Assembly: GCA_030704615.1 (NCBI GenBank)
Contig: CM060732.1
Coordinates: 47,740,001-47,804,000, forward strand
Reading direction: 5' to 3'
Source of the DNA: Takakia lepidozioides
Taxonomy: Eukaryota > Plantae > Bryophyta
Length of the DNA stretch: 64,000 nucleotides
The position numbers were made by a program, and so were the translations under genes. The notes beneath the pieces are model-generated. The model did no database searches, was not told where the DNA came from, and worked only from the letters and a program-made list of their open reading frames with translations. Positions within the stretch are counted from its first letter, which is position 1. Each line of letters opens with the position of its first letter. Below are positions 38,203 through 51,379 of this stretch, piece by piece.

Positions 38203-41200
38203 TTAATGAGGAATCTTAAGAGCCAGCTCCAACTGCACCGTCATGACATCCAGCTTCTGCTGCAATGCAGGCAAGTCCCGAAGGAAGCTGTTGATAAGGG
38301 CAGCAAGAGTACTACACTTGCGCTGTGCCTCTTGGACCTCAGCTTCCAGGCTTTGCTTAAGGGTCACACCTTTCCATTTATTGCTGCGCACATCTTCATG
38401 CCGTCTCACCATCCGCTGCTTCATTGCAGTAGCCAACAGCTCTCTAGATTTTGCATTGACTACCTCTCTCAATCTTGACCTACACCAATGCAAACCAAAC
38501 TTCACTTACTGCAGACAGGGGCCTCGTGGTACCATGTTACACCTGACAATTGCCTAGCCGGTTGAAATGTGACCTGCATCTAGCAATTCTTTTACCGACA
38601 CAAATCGCTGCTGCAGGAAAGAGTTGGATGCCCACCCACCTGAGCATCTCTTGCTGTTCAAGAATGGCGGTGATGGATTTGTCTGTGTCAGTGACTCTAG
38701 CTGCCAGGGTTCCCCTTGATTCCTCCAACTCTTTCAAGTGCTGATCAATTGCAACAGAGTTATTATCTGTGTCACGAATGGCCTTTTTCAGATTGGCGCA
38801 TGCCTTCACTAGACCAGCTTCTGCACCAGCGGGTCCATCCACTCCCTTGCGATGGCTCATGGCCTGCACCCCACTAGTACAATTTTCAAGTAACCCCCAC
38901 TGTTTAATCCTTGTCAAGATTTCAATATTCAACAGGAGACTATTATTTTCATTCTGTACAATGGCTGGTGATGCCCTAGATGTACCCCACTTAAATAACA
39001 ATACATACCTGCACCTTGACAGAAATAGCCTTTCGATTGTCCACACGTGATTCCAAACCTGCAATGAGCTTCTTGCGCTGAAGGATCAGTCCATCATGCC
39101 TCAACTGCAAGCGGTCTAACTCTTTCTTCATAGCTGTAATCACAGCCTGACCTACGTTGGGATCTATAGCTGCCTGCATTCCACCAGAACATGAGGAATT
39201 CAACCACAACCCTGCATCCAGCTTCAAATTTTATTCTTAGTTGCAATTAGAGCAACCCTGACAAGGATGAACTGGACCGAAGTCATTCAAAAGTCACGAG
39301 TGGAGACTTCAATGGGGACCACAGAGATAACTGAAATGGCAGGCAACGCACCTGGGTTTGAATTTCAAAAGTAATTTTGTACTTCCAGAGCATGACATGA
39401 TGCTCCAGTTCAGAGACATGGCGCAGTGCATAGTCCCTTTCTTGATGGCGTTCTTCCAATTCCACCTGCATCTGCATAGTGTCCCTTGCCAAGTCCTTGA
39501 GAGCCAAGTAATGGTCAATCTGCAAGTTAGCATTCTCTTTGCTCAGTGCTTCTTCCAGGCTTGCATTCTTGCCTATCAGATCGTTCAACCTGCACCTCCC
39601 ATATATCCTCATTGTTACTGTGTTGCAGGCCAACCGCCTCCCCCAGCTGTCTCAAACCTTCCGAGGCTGTTTATAACAAGATGACAGGAAAGGAGGAGAG
39701 ATATGCCTGCAAACAGTCTTAGCGTAAACTGGCACCTACATATTTGGGGAGTATAGGGGAATAATGATTGGAGAGACAGATTCACCTCTTCTAGAGTTTG
39801 TGTGACAAGGAAGCAGAGCCCAGCAGAGAACAGCTCTGTGCCAGCAAGAAAAGGTCCAAGTAGCCATATCCACCCAAAAGCCCATACAAGCCTTTTTCTC
39901 TACAACAAAGTGCTTGGTTTGACATGCGATCACCTCCAGCCTTTACAGGGTAGGCTGCTGCTTGGATACTATTCTAGGCCACCCCCACCTGGGTGAGGGA
40001 AATGGGTTGCATATAAAAGCCTTACAAATTGTGCACACGTGATTCCAAACCTGTAGTAAGTTGAGAGAAGGGGCAGGGTGGGGGAAGGACAGGAGAAAGA
40101 AAGTTTCATTTGTCCACATACAAGGGATGACAGGCTGCATAATCAGTTGCAACATGCACCTGATGATTAGGCCTTGTTTGACACGTATTCCCATGTTGAA
40201 TTCCTTGATACATCTTGTCAGCATGTTAAACTGCGAATCAACCCGTTGCTTCCGCTGCACTAGCACAACCCTTTCTGCACTCATTCGTTGTGACTTTTCA
40301 GTCAAATTATTATTTTCAGTCATAAGCCCAACAAGGGCAGTTTGCAGCTGCAACCACTGCTTCTGCAGTTCACTAGATGCCTTTAGTTTGAGGTCAATCT
40401 CAGTTTTCAAGCTGTTGATCATGGCTTCCCATGGGGTGGTAGCTTTGTCAGCCAGCCCACTGGTCAGCTTGTCATACTGCTTGTTAAGTCTGTCAATCTC
40501 CTTGGTCTTCATTTCTACCTCCTGATGTCTGCGCTTGATTTCTGTTTGCAGCTTAGAAATGTGCAAAAACTTCTCCTTTACATCATCATCCACTGCCTTC
40601 AATGCGGCAGTTACACTTTGGTTGTAGCTCTTCACTGCCAGCAAGTCGACACGAATGCGTGCAAGGTTGAAGTTAATTTCAGTGGCCATGGTGTCCTCCT
40701 TCTTCACCAGCTGTCGCAGCTCCATGGTGCTCGCCACTGTGGCTTGGGCTGATTTCTTCTCCAATGTTATCTGCTCCAGCAAGCCTTGCAGAATTTTGTT
40801 TTCTAACTCTTGGATCTTTCGAGTCTCCTTCAAAAACGCTTGGTTGATGATCTGCACATAAATCACCATCTTTCTGTGTTCAGTTTGTTTGAGGCACAAC
40901 TTTGGATTTAACTTATAGCCAACATTAACGACTGTTAAGATCCCTTGATACAACGGAAGGTTTCCTATCCTTAGGTCTTCAAATCACCAGAGAACCTGGC
41001 ATCACTGATAGCCTTCCGATCAAGTTATTGTATTCTTGGAAGAGGACAGTGAAAGAAGAAATGCTCTAGTTCACTTTTGATTTCCCTGTTGTTTCGGCAC
41101 AGGCAGTCCACATGTTGCAGGTTGTCCTACTAGTCGTGGGAACCCATTCTCAACCTCCTCAATGCCCTTAGAAGAAATGAAAAATGAATGAAATGGTGCT

Positions 41201-44200
41201 TTATAGCGTCCCCGGAAAGCTAATAGAGCCTATGGGACAAAATGGAAGAAAACATGAGAGAGGAAGATTCTATCGTCATGGAGAACCAAGAAATGTCTCC
41301 CAATAGAACTGCAGTTTTGTTGTAAGAATGGCTGGTTTCCATGTTCGCTTTATGTGTTCCATAAGTTCTTGTCTGATGCATCTGTTGCGGCCCTGCTTGA
41401 ACAAAATTTCCACTCTCTCTGTATTTTGTGGCTGTAGGGAAGCAACGCAAAGTCTGTGGCACTCAAAAAAGCTGAAGACCTGAGCATACCAGGAGGTCTT
41501 GAAACCATTGTCCTTGAGTCTGATAGAGGTTGTAAGGGCTTATGTGAGGGTTTATGTGCGGAATGTGCTGATGGCTGTTGTACCTCATAGCCCCAAGCAA
41601 GAAGAAAGTAACTTTACAATGCCCACAGGAGGGCCCATGGGACAGGGTGGATAAAAAAATGACCATTTCAGGATACATCAAATGACCCTAAGACAAAGGG
41701 CCTCCAGTAGGTAGGTTCCAAGGTCCAAAATAGGAGAGAGAGAGCCAGTGTGGCAACTCTTGTAGCACCATGCACATCCTTACGGATTAGAAATGAAATG
41801 AAATGAAATGGAATGGTACTTTAGATCGACTGCAGAAAGCTCAAAGAGGTTATGGGACAAGAAACAAGAAAGAGAGGCCCTCCACAAGCAGGAATGTGCT
41901 GATGGCTGTTGTACCTCATAGCCCCAAGCAAGAAGAAAGTAACTTTACAATGCCCACAGGAGGGCCCATGGGACAGGGTGGATAAAAAAATGACCATTTC
42001 AGGATACATCAAATGACCCTAAGACAAAGGGCCTCCAGTAGGTAGGTTCCAAGGTCCAAAATAGGAGAGAGAGAGCCAGTGTGGCAACTCTTGTAGCACC
42101 ATGCACATCCTTACGGATTAGAAATGAAATGAAATGAAATGGAATGGTACTTTAGATCGACTGCAGAAAGCTCAAAGAGGTTATGGGACAAGAAACAAGA
42201 AAGAGAGGCCCTCCACAAGCAGCCCAAAAGCAACAACTGCTCAAGGGACTGTCTAAGAGTCCATGCCTCATGCAGGTAAGGTGCCAACATTTCTGATCCT
42301 TGTAGTGAAAAGACCTCGTGAGAGATTGGGTATCACGGAATGATAATTGAATCTCCCACAGATCTCATAGTAGAAAGGTCAGTGAAAGAAGAAATGTTCA
42401 TCACTTTTGATTTCCCTGTTGTTCCCAGCGCAAGCAGGGCATATGGCAGGTTGAGAGAAAGGTTGGTGGAGAATAAGTACCTTGGTTTGAAATTCCAGAG
42501 CTACAAGTTCAGCCTTCACTTTCTCTGTGTTGGATTCAACCTCTTCAACCTGCACCAAAATTTTAGCAAATTGCTCAAGCATCTTCATGCGTGTTTTGAT
42601 GGTGCGCTGAATACGTTTCTGGACTTCCTTCATTGCTGAATCAATCTTCATCAGAGTGATTCCCTGCCGCTCAGCTTTCTCTTGCTCCACGGCAATGACC
42701 TTCCTGTATGAATCCTTCTCTCCTTCTACTGCTATTTTTTGCTCTTTTTGGCTTGCAATTGCATCAATTAGAGCCTGTCCCACACAAATATGATGGGAAT
42801 ATTCAGTAAGCACATACATGTGGGGAACTCCACATTACCTTCAGCAATGCTCGTCAACTTCACCGACAACAAATTCTTGTCCTCTCCACACAGTTGCCAG
42901 GTTAAGCAATGAAAGCACGCGCAGGCTCAAAGAGACATCAAAGAGATTTGTACTGATTTTTCAGCAAAAAGGAGAGACCAACCAAAGGTTGATAGAGGGG
43001 ACATGAAGAAGTGTGTGACGACTGACCAACCTGGAGAGCTTCATCACAGCGGCCCAGAACGATAAGGGATGACTTCCATTGAAAAGTCACTTGTTTTTTC
43101 TCTGCATTTATGGTCTCCATCTCTATTCCAGCTTCAGCCAGTGCCACATGGGCCACCTTTGTCTCTCTTTCCTGGGCTGATGTTCAGAGCCAAATCAATT
43201 CCCTCCCTCAGGACATGTCACTTGTTTGTTCATGTATCCTCCCATGTCCTCTCAGTCATCTATAGCAGTAGACAAGTGATTCCCGGCATCAACATGCAGA
43301 TGGTGGCCTTTGCCAAGTAAGCACCCCCTCACTCTAGTTTCTTCTTTAATGCTAGGCAATTTCTCAAATCCTTTACTTGTGAAAGTCAAATTCCCACACG
43401 CCTCTGTCATCTACTTGGGCTGAAAGACAAGGCCATGCTGCTCCGAAAGCTGTATATGCTTGATGTTGCTTATGCTTGCTGACAACACACCCTACTTTGA
43501 AAGCTAATCAAGTCAATCCAATTCAAATACCCTCAATATCCAACTACAAAGGTATACGAAGAAATTATTAAATTTGATTTGCACTGGTATTAAGTTCATT
43601 TCTTTGTTACTTTAATATCTAGAGACAAGGGGAAGAGGATGCACCTGCAAGTTGAGCTTTACAGAGGGCCTGCTTTTCATAAAGATGTTTGATGCGTTGT
43701 TGCAGTAAATCAATGAGATAATCCTGCTCCTTCTTTTCTTTCTCAGCCCTCACCACGGCCTCTTCACCAGCGTAAGTGGCCCGCCTACTCATAGCAATCT
43801 CACCCTTGATCTTCTCGTTAAAGCCCTCAACTTGCTTTAATGTGTTTGACAAATTGTCCAGTTCCAGACGTGCGCCCTCCATTTTTTCTTTCAAGGTTTT
43901 CCTCTCCGTACTTCTCCCTGTGTGTATTGTCTGCTGATGGTCCAAATCTTCCTGGGCCTGCGACCTAATGCCGTCATTGTAAACAGCATGTTCCACCAAC
44001 CATAAGCTGTTTTGAACGGGAATGAAGATTTTCAATTCCTTTTCCAGGCATTCAATCAGCCACAGTAGCTCATCATTTCCGTGCTTTTGGGTCACCAAGA
44101 GGACCAGTTCTCATGTAACCATGTGAGTGAAGTCAACGTGATGCAACCCACAGTTGTGGCTATCTTCTAATTGCACAATCAGGCCAACCGGCATATTTGC

Positions 44201-44882
44201 ATAGTATCTAATGCGAACAGTCGAGGGCTCCTAGAAAATGTGACATCGAAGAGATGGCACTAAGTGGAAAGAGATGATCGACACAATGAATAATTTCCAG
44301 TGGTGTGAAATGATCCCAGTGTCATTCCAGTTCTCTCAAGGAAGGAACAAAAAACTCTAAACACAAGAGACAATAAAACTGACACAGTGATGGACTTTGT
44401 ACTGGAGACCTTAGCATGCTGCTCAGCAGCAGTTTGGAGGTCACTGGTGGCCTTGTGCAGGGACAGGTGCAAGCTGGCAAGGTTGCATTGAAGGTCATAC
44501 AGCTGCACGCCCGATTCCTCTCTATCCTTCGTCGCTTTTTTCAGATTTACGTTTTGCTCATACAACCTCTCATCCAACTCCTGCTTCTTGTCCAACAATT
44601 GCTTCTTGAGCTTAGCCTGCACTTTTTCCAATACAGCAGCATCGCGGGGGCTTTGGCTGGAGGGTGCCTTTCTTTCCGCCATCTCCTCCGTTGACGAATC
44701 CTCCTCTTCTCTATTCGCCTCTTCAAGAAAACTGGCTCGCTCCCGCTGGCGATCCTCCGACTGCTTCCTCCGCTCTTCCAACTGCTGACTGCTGGCATTG
44801 TGCACCCCAGCCCGTTCACCATCGCTCAATCCGGGTGAACTGGGCTGCAACCCCACCCGTTCCTCCGTCTCATCTGTCATGG
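38203..44882 (-). CDS. CCDC40: Coiled-coil domain-containing protein 40 (axonemal ruler, FAP172 homolog), multi-exon
   Basis: Diagnostic segments REESGVQLYDLQCNLA, KGEIAMSRRATYAGEEAVVRAEKEKKEQDYLIDLLQ, NAEKKQVTFQWKSSL, ELQKQWLQLQTALV, ELEHHVMLWKYKI and DPNVGQAVITAMKKELDRLQLR. Approximate exons: 44882-44409, 43960-43645, 43170-43030, 42775-42480, 40855-40160, 39590-39352, 39175-39010, 38865-38640, 38478-38203. Confidence 0.85.
41030..42440 (-). mobile_element. Several short RTEX-like LINE 3'-end fragments (also one at ~8587-8625)
   Basis: (GAAAT)n tails plus ggtgctttat...tatgggacaa at 41177 and 41789/42120, and EHFFFHC-type zinc-finger remnants like those at ~22940. Confidence 0.65.
41560..42221. 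repeat. Apparently identical 331-bp tandem duplication (41560-41890 / 41891-42221) in a CCDC40 intron
   Basis: The two units look identical by eye. Each includes a LINE 3' end with a (CATTT)n tail on the - strand. Confidence 0.9.
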
Positions 44883-45850
44883 TGAAGAAGTTCACACTCA
44901 ACCAACACTATCAGAGCCGCCCATTGCCATCACTGTGAAGAACAAAACTGAGGGTCACGACCTTTCTAGTCATCTCTACCTCGCAGGACTTGAATGGAAA
45001 CTCGGAATGATCTTGAGAACAATCTACATGCTCACATCACACCCACACACAACCGAGAGATTAGATAACGCAAACCCAATGTGTTCCAACAACAGTGACC
45101 CATGCTGGGACTTGTCCATGTCCATGCTGCCTTAGATCGTAAAAGCTTGAGCGAGGCAGAAGAAGGAGCGTGTGCAACATCTCCAACTACCCACCCTCAG
45201 GATGGACCCTCACTCCAATCATCAGTGCCACGGTCTGTTGAAAGTTGGTTGCTGTTTTCAGTTGCTTGGGTTAAGTTAACTTAGCTCAAGTTTAGTACAA
45301 GAGTCTGTTGACAGAGGAAGAGGACTTTGGGTTAGGGCTCAACTCTTCACATGCCATGCCATGCATAAAGTGACTCTTTCTTTAAAAAAAAATTAAGTGA
45401 CTCTCTTAATGTTTTTCCCTTTAGTCCACTGCTGCTTGTCTTGTTAGTTGCTTGGGCCTTGATAGTTCTCCAGCTTACCCTTGTCCTTTAGCTGGCTGCA
45501 GATCCTTGCTGCAGCTGTTCTAGCTTCTCTTCAGGTTAGTCTTCTTGTTTTCAGCAGCGCTATGGCTCTGATGTGCTTCTTCTTACTTAGTCTCTTTTCT
45601 TACCCCTTGATTTTTTGGCTATGAGTGGAACCTCGTTACTCCGCCTTCATGGCTCTATGTAAGGTTATTTTTTGCTTAGCTTTTAATAAAGTTTTCAGGG
45701 CTACAATTCCCCTGTTCTCTTAAGGAAAAAAAAAAAAAAAAAAAAGGGACGTTCACCATTCGTGCATGTCGCTATTTATGCGACAAGGACTTTTGGTACC
45801 TTAGGATCGTCGGCACTGTTCATCAGGGCTGAGAATATGATATGAACCAA

Positions 45851-46288
45851 TATACAGAACCCCTTCCATCTCTCAAAATACATTTTTTGGAATTTACATT
45901 CTGCCATGATCGAAATCCAGATCAATCAATTATGTACAAACACGAAAAATATGATCCAATCATACATGCCCTCCGTCATCGAGGCTGGAACACGGCACCT
46001 CTGACGTCATTACTGCAAGTGTCAAGGGCGGTGCTCATACCCATAATATCCAAGGTTTGAAAGATAATCTCAACCTACCACCCAAATATACTACACCTCT
46101 ACTACGAGCCTTACACTTCACAGCTATTACATCACTCACATCCCTAATCCTCAATAAACGTAAGATTGAAAGTGGCCAACTAACCACTGTGTGACACGTT
46201 ACGGTGCGGATAGAGCCCACCCCTGAAAGGGGCAGTACCCGCAAGGGGAAGAGGCTCTTATTTACGCTAGCTTCGGTTGGCGTCGTAT
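45851..46288 (+). mobile_element. 5'-truncated RLE-type (Dualen-like) non-LTR element with an 11-bp TSD
   Basis: LKIHFLEFTFCHDRNPD..KHEKYDP..LRHRGW. TSD ATATGAACCAA at 45840-45850 and 46289-46299. Confidence 0.75.
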
Positions 46289-47298
46289 ATATGAACCAAC
46301 ATTCTGGGTGGACTTGCATTGGGTTCAGACCGAGCAAGTCCTGCCACATGGCACTCGAAATAGTAAGGTATGGATGAAAAGGAACGTCCGGTTCATTGAG
46401 GTTGAAAGTCGGGAGAATATCATTGGAAGTAAAAATGGCTAAGAATCCAATGAACATGTTTGGTGAACACCTGTTTTCAAGACCATCAAACCAACACCGG
46501 TTCTTTGAATATTAATATTACATAGTATATTATATTAAGAATCATTATTTTTGGTTGTTTGTTGTCCCCAAATGACCTAAGCTCGTCGAGAGATTGGGGG
46601 AGGATTGGGGAAGGAAGATCTCTAAAGGTTCAAGATGATGTTGGATCTACATATACATTGAATTTGAGATGAGAATCAAATAAAAGAAATGCATGTCATT
46701 GAATCCTATGCACAACAATGTGAAGAAGACTAACTTAGTATGGCCTGTTAACTATATATAACCCGTTTGTTTCCTGATTCCAATTCAAGAGGCCAACTTC
46801 CCAAGATACGGAGGGTAAGTTAAAAGTTAAAACCCATATATCACCTGTATACCACCCACATACAACCCCTTTCCCTCGCTAATTCCGCAGCACATTTCCA
46901 GGTTTACAGATCCATGACTAATTGGCAAATTCTGGCAAATGAATCTAATGATAAATGTGCAGGACACCCTTCCTTTGATGCCTTAAAATCAATATATTAA
47001 GCAAGGTAGACTGTTTTGTTTTGTTTTGTGTGTACGTTGAGATCTCCCAAACCACAAGGCCTCCGCGCGGTTCTTAGTACTGCTGGAAAGCCCTCGATGA
47101 GTAAGGGTGCATCGAGGTAGTTTCATAATTTTTGGACCTATCGTGTGGGAGATGTTGAATTTCAAGTATTTTTTGTCACTAAACGTTCATGAAAACAGCA
47201 GTCTTTCGTGACCTTTGGGGCAGTTGACCCGTTGCTTGTATGGCCTTCATGGCTAGAAGATGTTATATTTTCCTCTCGCTCTCAATAAAAATAACGAG

Positions 47299-47383
47299 TG
47301 TCGTGCACCTAAGCATCGTGCCACAACATACATCGTTGTCCACCATACATTCTAAGCACACAATCCTAGAAAGCTATGCCACA
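47299..47383. repeat. 85-bp LTR segment A (outer copy); second copy at 47756-47840 abuts the PPT
   Basis: tgtcgtgcacc...ctatgccaca; 3 mismatches between the copies. Confidence 0.9.
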
Positions 47384-47385
47384 AT

Positions 47386-47753
47386 AGATAATGGAAGTGA
47401 ACACACAATGGAAACACTCCACTCATGAATCTACTCAATCACATAAACTAAGTCAAGCCAAGGGCACCTTTGCTAAAGGAATCCACCCTACAAAGCCCTC
47501 ACCACACTCCCTCTCAATACCTAGAACTATGGAGGTGGGAGAGGCTCATGGAGGCTCAACTACAAGAAGATGAGCCCTCCTCAACACTCACAAGGGGAAA
47601 ACCCATCCCCATGTCCCAAGTGAGGTTTGACACCTCACTTGGCATGTGAGACCAAATGAAGTCCCAACACACAAAATACAAATATAAATATCCAAAATGT
47701 CCTAGTTAACTAGAAGTAGGTAATTCTAGTTAACCATGACTAAAACCATGACA
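47386..47753. repeat. LTR segment B, 3' copy
   Basis: Near-identical (about ten differences by eye) to 58843-59206. Contains an 11-bp-stem hairpin ccaagtgaggt-ttgac-acctcacttgg. Confidence 0.9.
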
Positions 47754-48030
47754 GTTGTCGTGCACCTAAGCATCGTGCCACAACATACATCACTGTCCAC
47801 CATACATTGTAAGCACACAATCCTAGAAAGCTATGCCACAATCGCCCCCCTAGCTGGTGATTAGGTCCCTCTAACACCGGATAGCTGCCAAGTATCCATC
47901 TCAATAAAATCATCGCTTGGTCTTCAATCGCACATGATCTTCAATTAAGTATCCATGGCGTTGAGCTCCCATCAGCTAGACCTTGGATCACTTGTCAATT
48001 CCACCATTGTCATGCCCACTACCTATGTCC

Positions 48031-48170
48031 AAAGCATCATGGACACAACCATTCTCCACTAGGAACCTCCTCAAGTGGCGGTGTCAAGCATCCCATGTGC
48101 CACCCCCTTGAGCATTTGTCACACACCAACATGGTCGTGGCACCACCAGCATGCCCACATAGCATGCAAC
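48031..48170 (-). pseudogene. PHD finger (Cys4-His-Cys3) at the integrase C-terminus
   Basis: CMLCGHAGGATTMLVCDKCSRGWHMGCLTPPLEEVPSGEWLCP*C; the TGA likely arose from CGA. Confidence 0.88.
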
Positions 48171-48249
48171 GCAACCCTGCAAGTACCACTGCAAGATTGG
48201 GATCTATCCTCCCATCCACATGTGGAAGGTGACATGGCGCACAATTGCG

Positions 48250-49400
48250 CACATGTCATGTCATCTCGACCCTCCAAAATCAACACTCTTGAAGGCAACA
48301 CCTCCCGGACCCTTAGAATCACACGCCCTGTTGTGACATCCAAAGTCGTAGGCGCTGTCTGCTGCAGATACACATAGCCCCCAGGGTGGAAACGCCGAAC
48401 ACCTGGCCGATATCCCCCTCCACGTATAGTGACGTATCTCAATGTGTCTCGGTGTTGGGCAATAGCAAGGTTCTCAAAAGCCATAGGCATGACTCTCTTG
48501 AACAACTCTACCCGCTGGGCACATGCTTGTGTCCACACATCCAGATCATCAAGGTTGAGAACTACTGCAGTCTCCCTGCGAATAGATGCAGGCAAATCTG
48601 GCTCTCGGCTAAAGAAGGCAAGAACGAGGCAAGTGATGCTTGTTTGCTAAACCTGTAGCCCATAGCCAACCAAGGTAGCTGAAGGTCCCAATCTCCTAAG
48701 TATCCCTTCTGCAAGCCATACTTGCGTAAGCCTCGCTTGACTGTTTGTACAACCCTCTCTGCCAGGCCATCAGCCTCGGGATGATCCCGAGAAGTAGTGC
48801 ATTGATCTATCAAGGCTTGCTCACACAAAGCCTGAAACTCCCCCAAGAACTCTCTCCCCTGGTCCGTGAGTACCTTGGCTGGAGCACCAAATTGGCTAAG
48901 CACTCGATCTAAGAATGCATACGCAGCCCCCTCACTTGCCTTGTCAAGCAATGCCACCAGTTCGATCCACTTGGAAAAATATTCCACCATCACCAGCACA
49001 TACTTGTTAAGGGCGAATCGTTAGTGGCAATGGGCATGCGAAGTCAAGACTCCAACGATAGCCCAAACCCATAATGGGTAAAAGATGCAATTGTGGAGTA
49101 GGTGCATTGAAAGAAGCTCGCACTCTATCACACACCATGCACTTTGCCACTAACTGTTGCTCATCCATGTGCATGCCCCGCCACCAGTACTGTTCTTGCA
49201 GCAAACTATGAGTGCACCGCACCCCAAAATGTCCCAACTCCTCATGGGCATGGCGTACCAATCGCACTCGTTGTGTTGGATGAGGCACAATCCTCAATCG
49301 TCCATCCTCCCATACTCGGAGTAGGTGAATCCCCTCCCACTTGAACCTCTTGGCTCGTCGTAAGATCCGATCTCTCTCCTTAGCAGTCACACTGACTGCT
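48250..49400 (-). pseudogene. Integrase copy 2 (HHCC + DDE core + C-terminal region)
   Basis: HEELGHFG..WWRGM..CMVC; WSLDFA; VLTDQGREF; HPEADGLAERVVQTVK; frameshifted. Confidence 0.9.
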
Positions 49401-49636
49401 GGCCAACACTGCTGCATCTTCATGCACATCTTTAGCACCACTAAGCTCATCACTGATCTCCGGATCGTCATGCACACCATCTACATGACCAATGCTATGG
49501 GATGGACTAGCTTGAGCTCCCTTGTTAGGATGCACAAAAAAGGCAGATGTATGTCATCCTGGCACCATCTCCTCATCCGTCTCACCATGTCACCGAGCTC
49601 CAGTATCATCATGCTCGCTCGTGCATGGATTACGAC

Positions 49637-51000
49637 TCAATCCATCTGCATCCCGATTGACAATACCGGCTTGATGCACCACCTGAAAGTCGTATTCTTG
49701 AAGCATAAGTGCCCACCGTGCTTCCCTGTAAGCTTGTCTGACTCCATCAACCACTTCAATGATTGGTGATCCATGACAAGGGTGAAGAGATTGCCATAGA
49801 GATAGCATCTGAAATGTGCCACTGCCCATACCGCAGCTAGACACTCCCCTTCATAGGAACTATACTTCGCCTCGGCATCATTGTTTGAGCGGCTAGCATA
49901 TGCCACTACGAACTCTCTTCCCTCATCATCCATCTGTGTGAGCACTGCTCCAATCCCCAACATACTCCAATCCGTATGTAGCTGGAAAGGCCGCCCCCGA
50001 ATAGGCCGCCTCAGATGAGGTGCAGAAGTCAATCGAGCCTTGAGTTCCTCAAAGGCTTCATCCTGCTCCTCCTCCCACTGCCACTCCTGACCCACCTTGG
50101 TTAACTTAGTAACAGCCTTTGCAATGCTGCTAAATCCCTTGACAAACCGTCGATAGTAGTTTGTCAACCCCATGAAAGCACGAACTCTGCTAACATCTAT
50201 GGGACGTGGAATGCGTGCAATGGCCTCCACCTTCGTCTTTTGAACACCCAATCCTCCAGGGTATATCATGTGGCCCAGATACTCAATCTGGTTGTGGAAG
50301 AACTTGCACTTCCCAGGGTGCAATTTCAACCCATGCGCTCTCAGGCACTCAAACACCACCTGAAGGTGTTTCTCATGCTCCTCAACCGTAGCACTAAAGA
50401 CGATGATGTCATCAATGTAACACCGGGCAAAGTCTAGCCCCGCGAGAATCCTATCCATAACCCTCTGAAACTCTGCAGGAGCATTCTTCAACCCAAACGG
50501 TAGGAAGCGCCATTGGTACAAGCAATCCTTCCCATGTTGGTCAATCCCCCAGAATGCCGTCTTTTGCTTGTCAGCCTCTTTGATTGGCAACTGGTGGTAA
50601 CCGGATCGCAAGTCCAATGTACTAAACACCTTTGCATGCCTAATGGCATCAAAGATTTCCTCTGGAGTTGGCATGGCATATCTATCGGACTTAGTCTAAC
50701 GGTTCACAGGATGATAGTCCCCACACATCCTTCTTTCTGTCCAATTGCCATAGATATCCTTCTTAGCTGGCATCACCGTTGCTGAGGCATACTCCCCGCC
50801 TGACAACTCCACCAATCCAGCTTCGAACAACTCCATAGTCTGTGACTGGATCAATGACCTCTTTATGTCACTATACCGGTAGGGCCTTCGAAAGATTGGC
50901 GTGTCACTTGCCAAATCAATACGATCTCCTGACCCTTCAAACTCCCCAAATCCTTCAAACAGAAGGCAAAGCAATTTCTATAAGCCCTTAGAAATCGCTG
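49637..51000 (-). pseudogene. Reverse transcriptase and RNase H
   Basis: RMCGDY.PVN, FSTLDLRSGYHQ, LPFGLKNAPAEFQ, CYIDDII, YLGH; RNase H LHTDWS..GAVLTQ..YASRS..YEGECLA..DHQSLKW. Confidence 0.95.
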
Positions 51001-51379
51001 GATCCTCCGTCTCTCTCCTCCGGTGACTGTAGGTCCAATATCAGGTTCCCAATTGTCCTCAGTGACTGCAACCTTGGGTACATCAGGCTTGGGGGTAGGA
51101 GACGAATCCTTTGGTTGCTAGATAGCAACCTCTTGGGCCTTGTCCGCCCAATCTGACTGTGGCGTAGCCTCCACTTGCTCTGCCATAACCACCTTGAGAA
51201 CATCCTCTGGGGAAGAAACATTCTCAACCTCTTCAAAAACATTGGCCACCTTGGCCTCCAACTGATCCTCAGTGTATGGCTCTCCCCACTCCTCATATTT
51301 CTGCTTGAGAGATCCAAAGACTCTCTCTTTCCGCATCTCATCCCACATCGTCCATGGGTGTTTGCACCCCATGGTAGAC

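Noticed and set aside
46228-46252. 16S rRNA helix-27-like sequence (GGGG.AGTAC..GCAAGG)
   Set aside because: The similarity is limited to a loop-E/GNRA motif inside a LINE 3' end bounded by a TSD; there is no flanking rRNA sequence.
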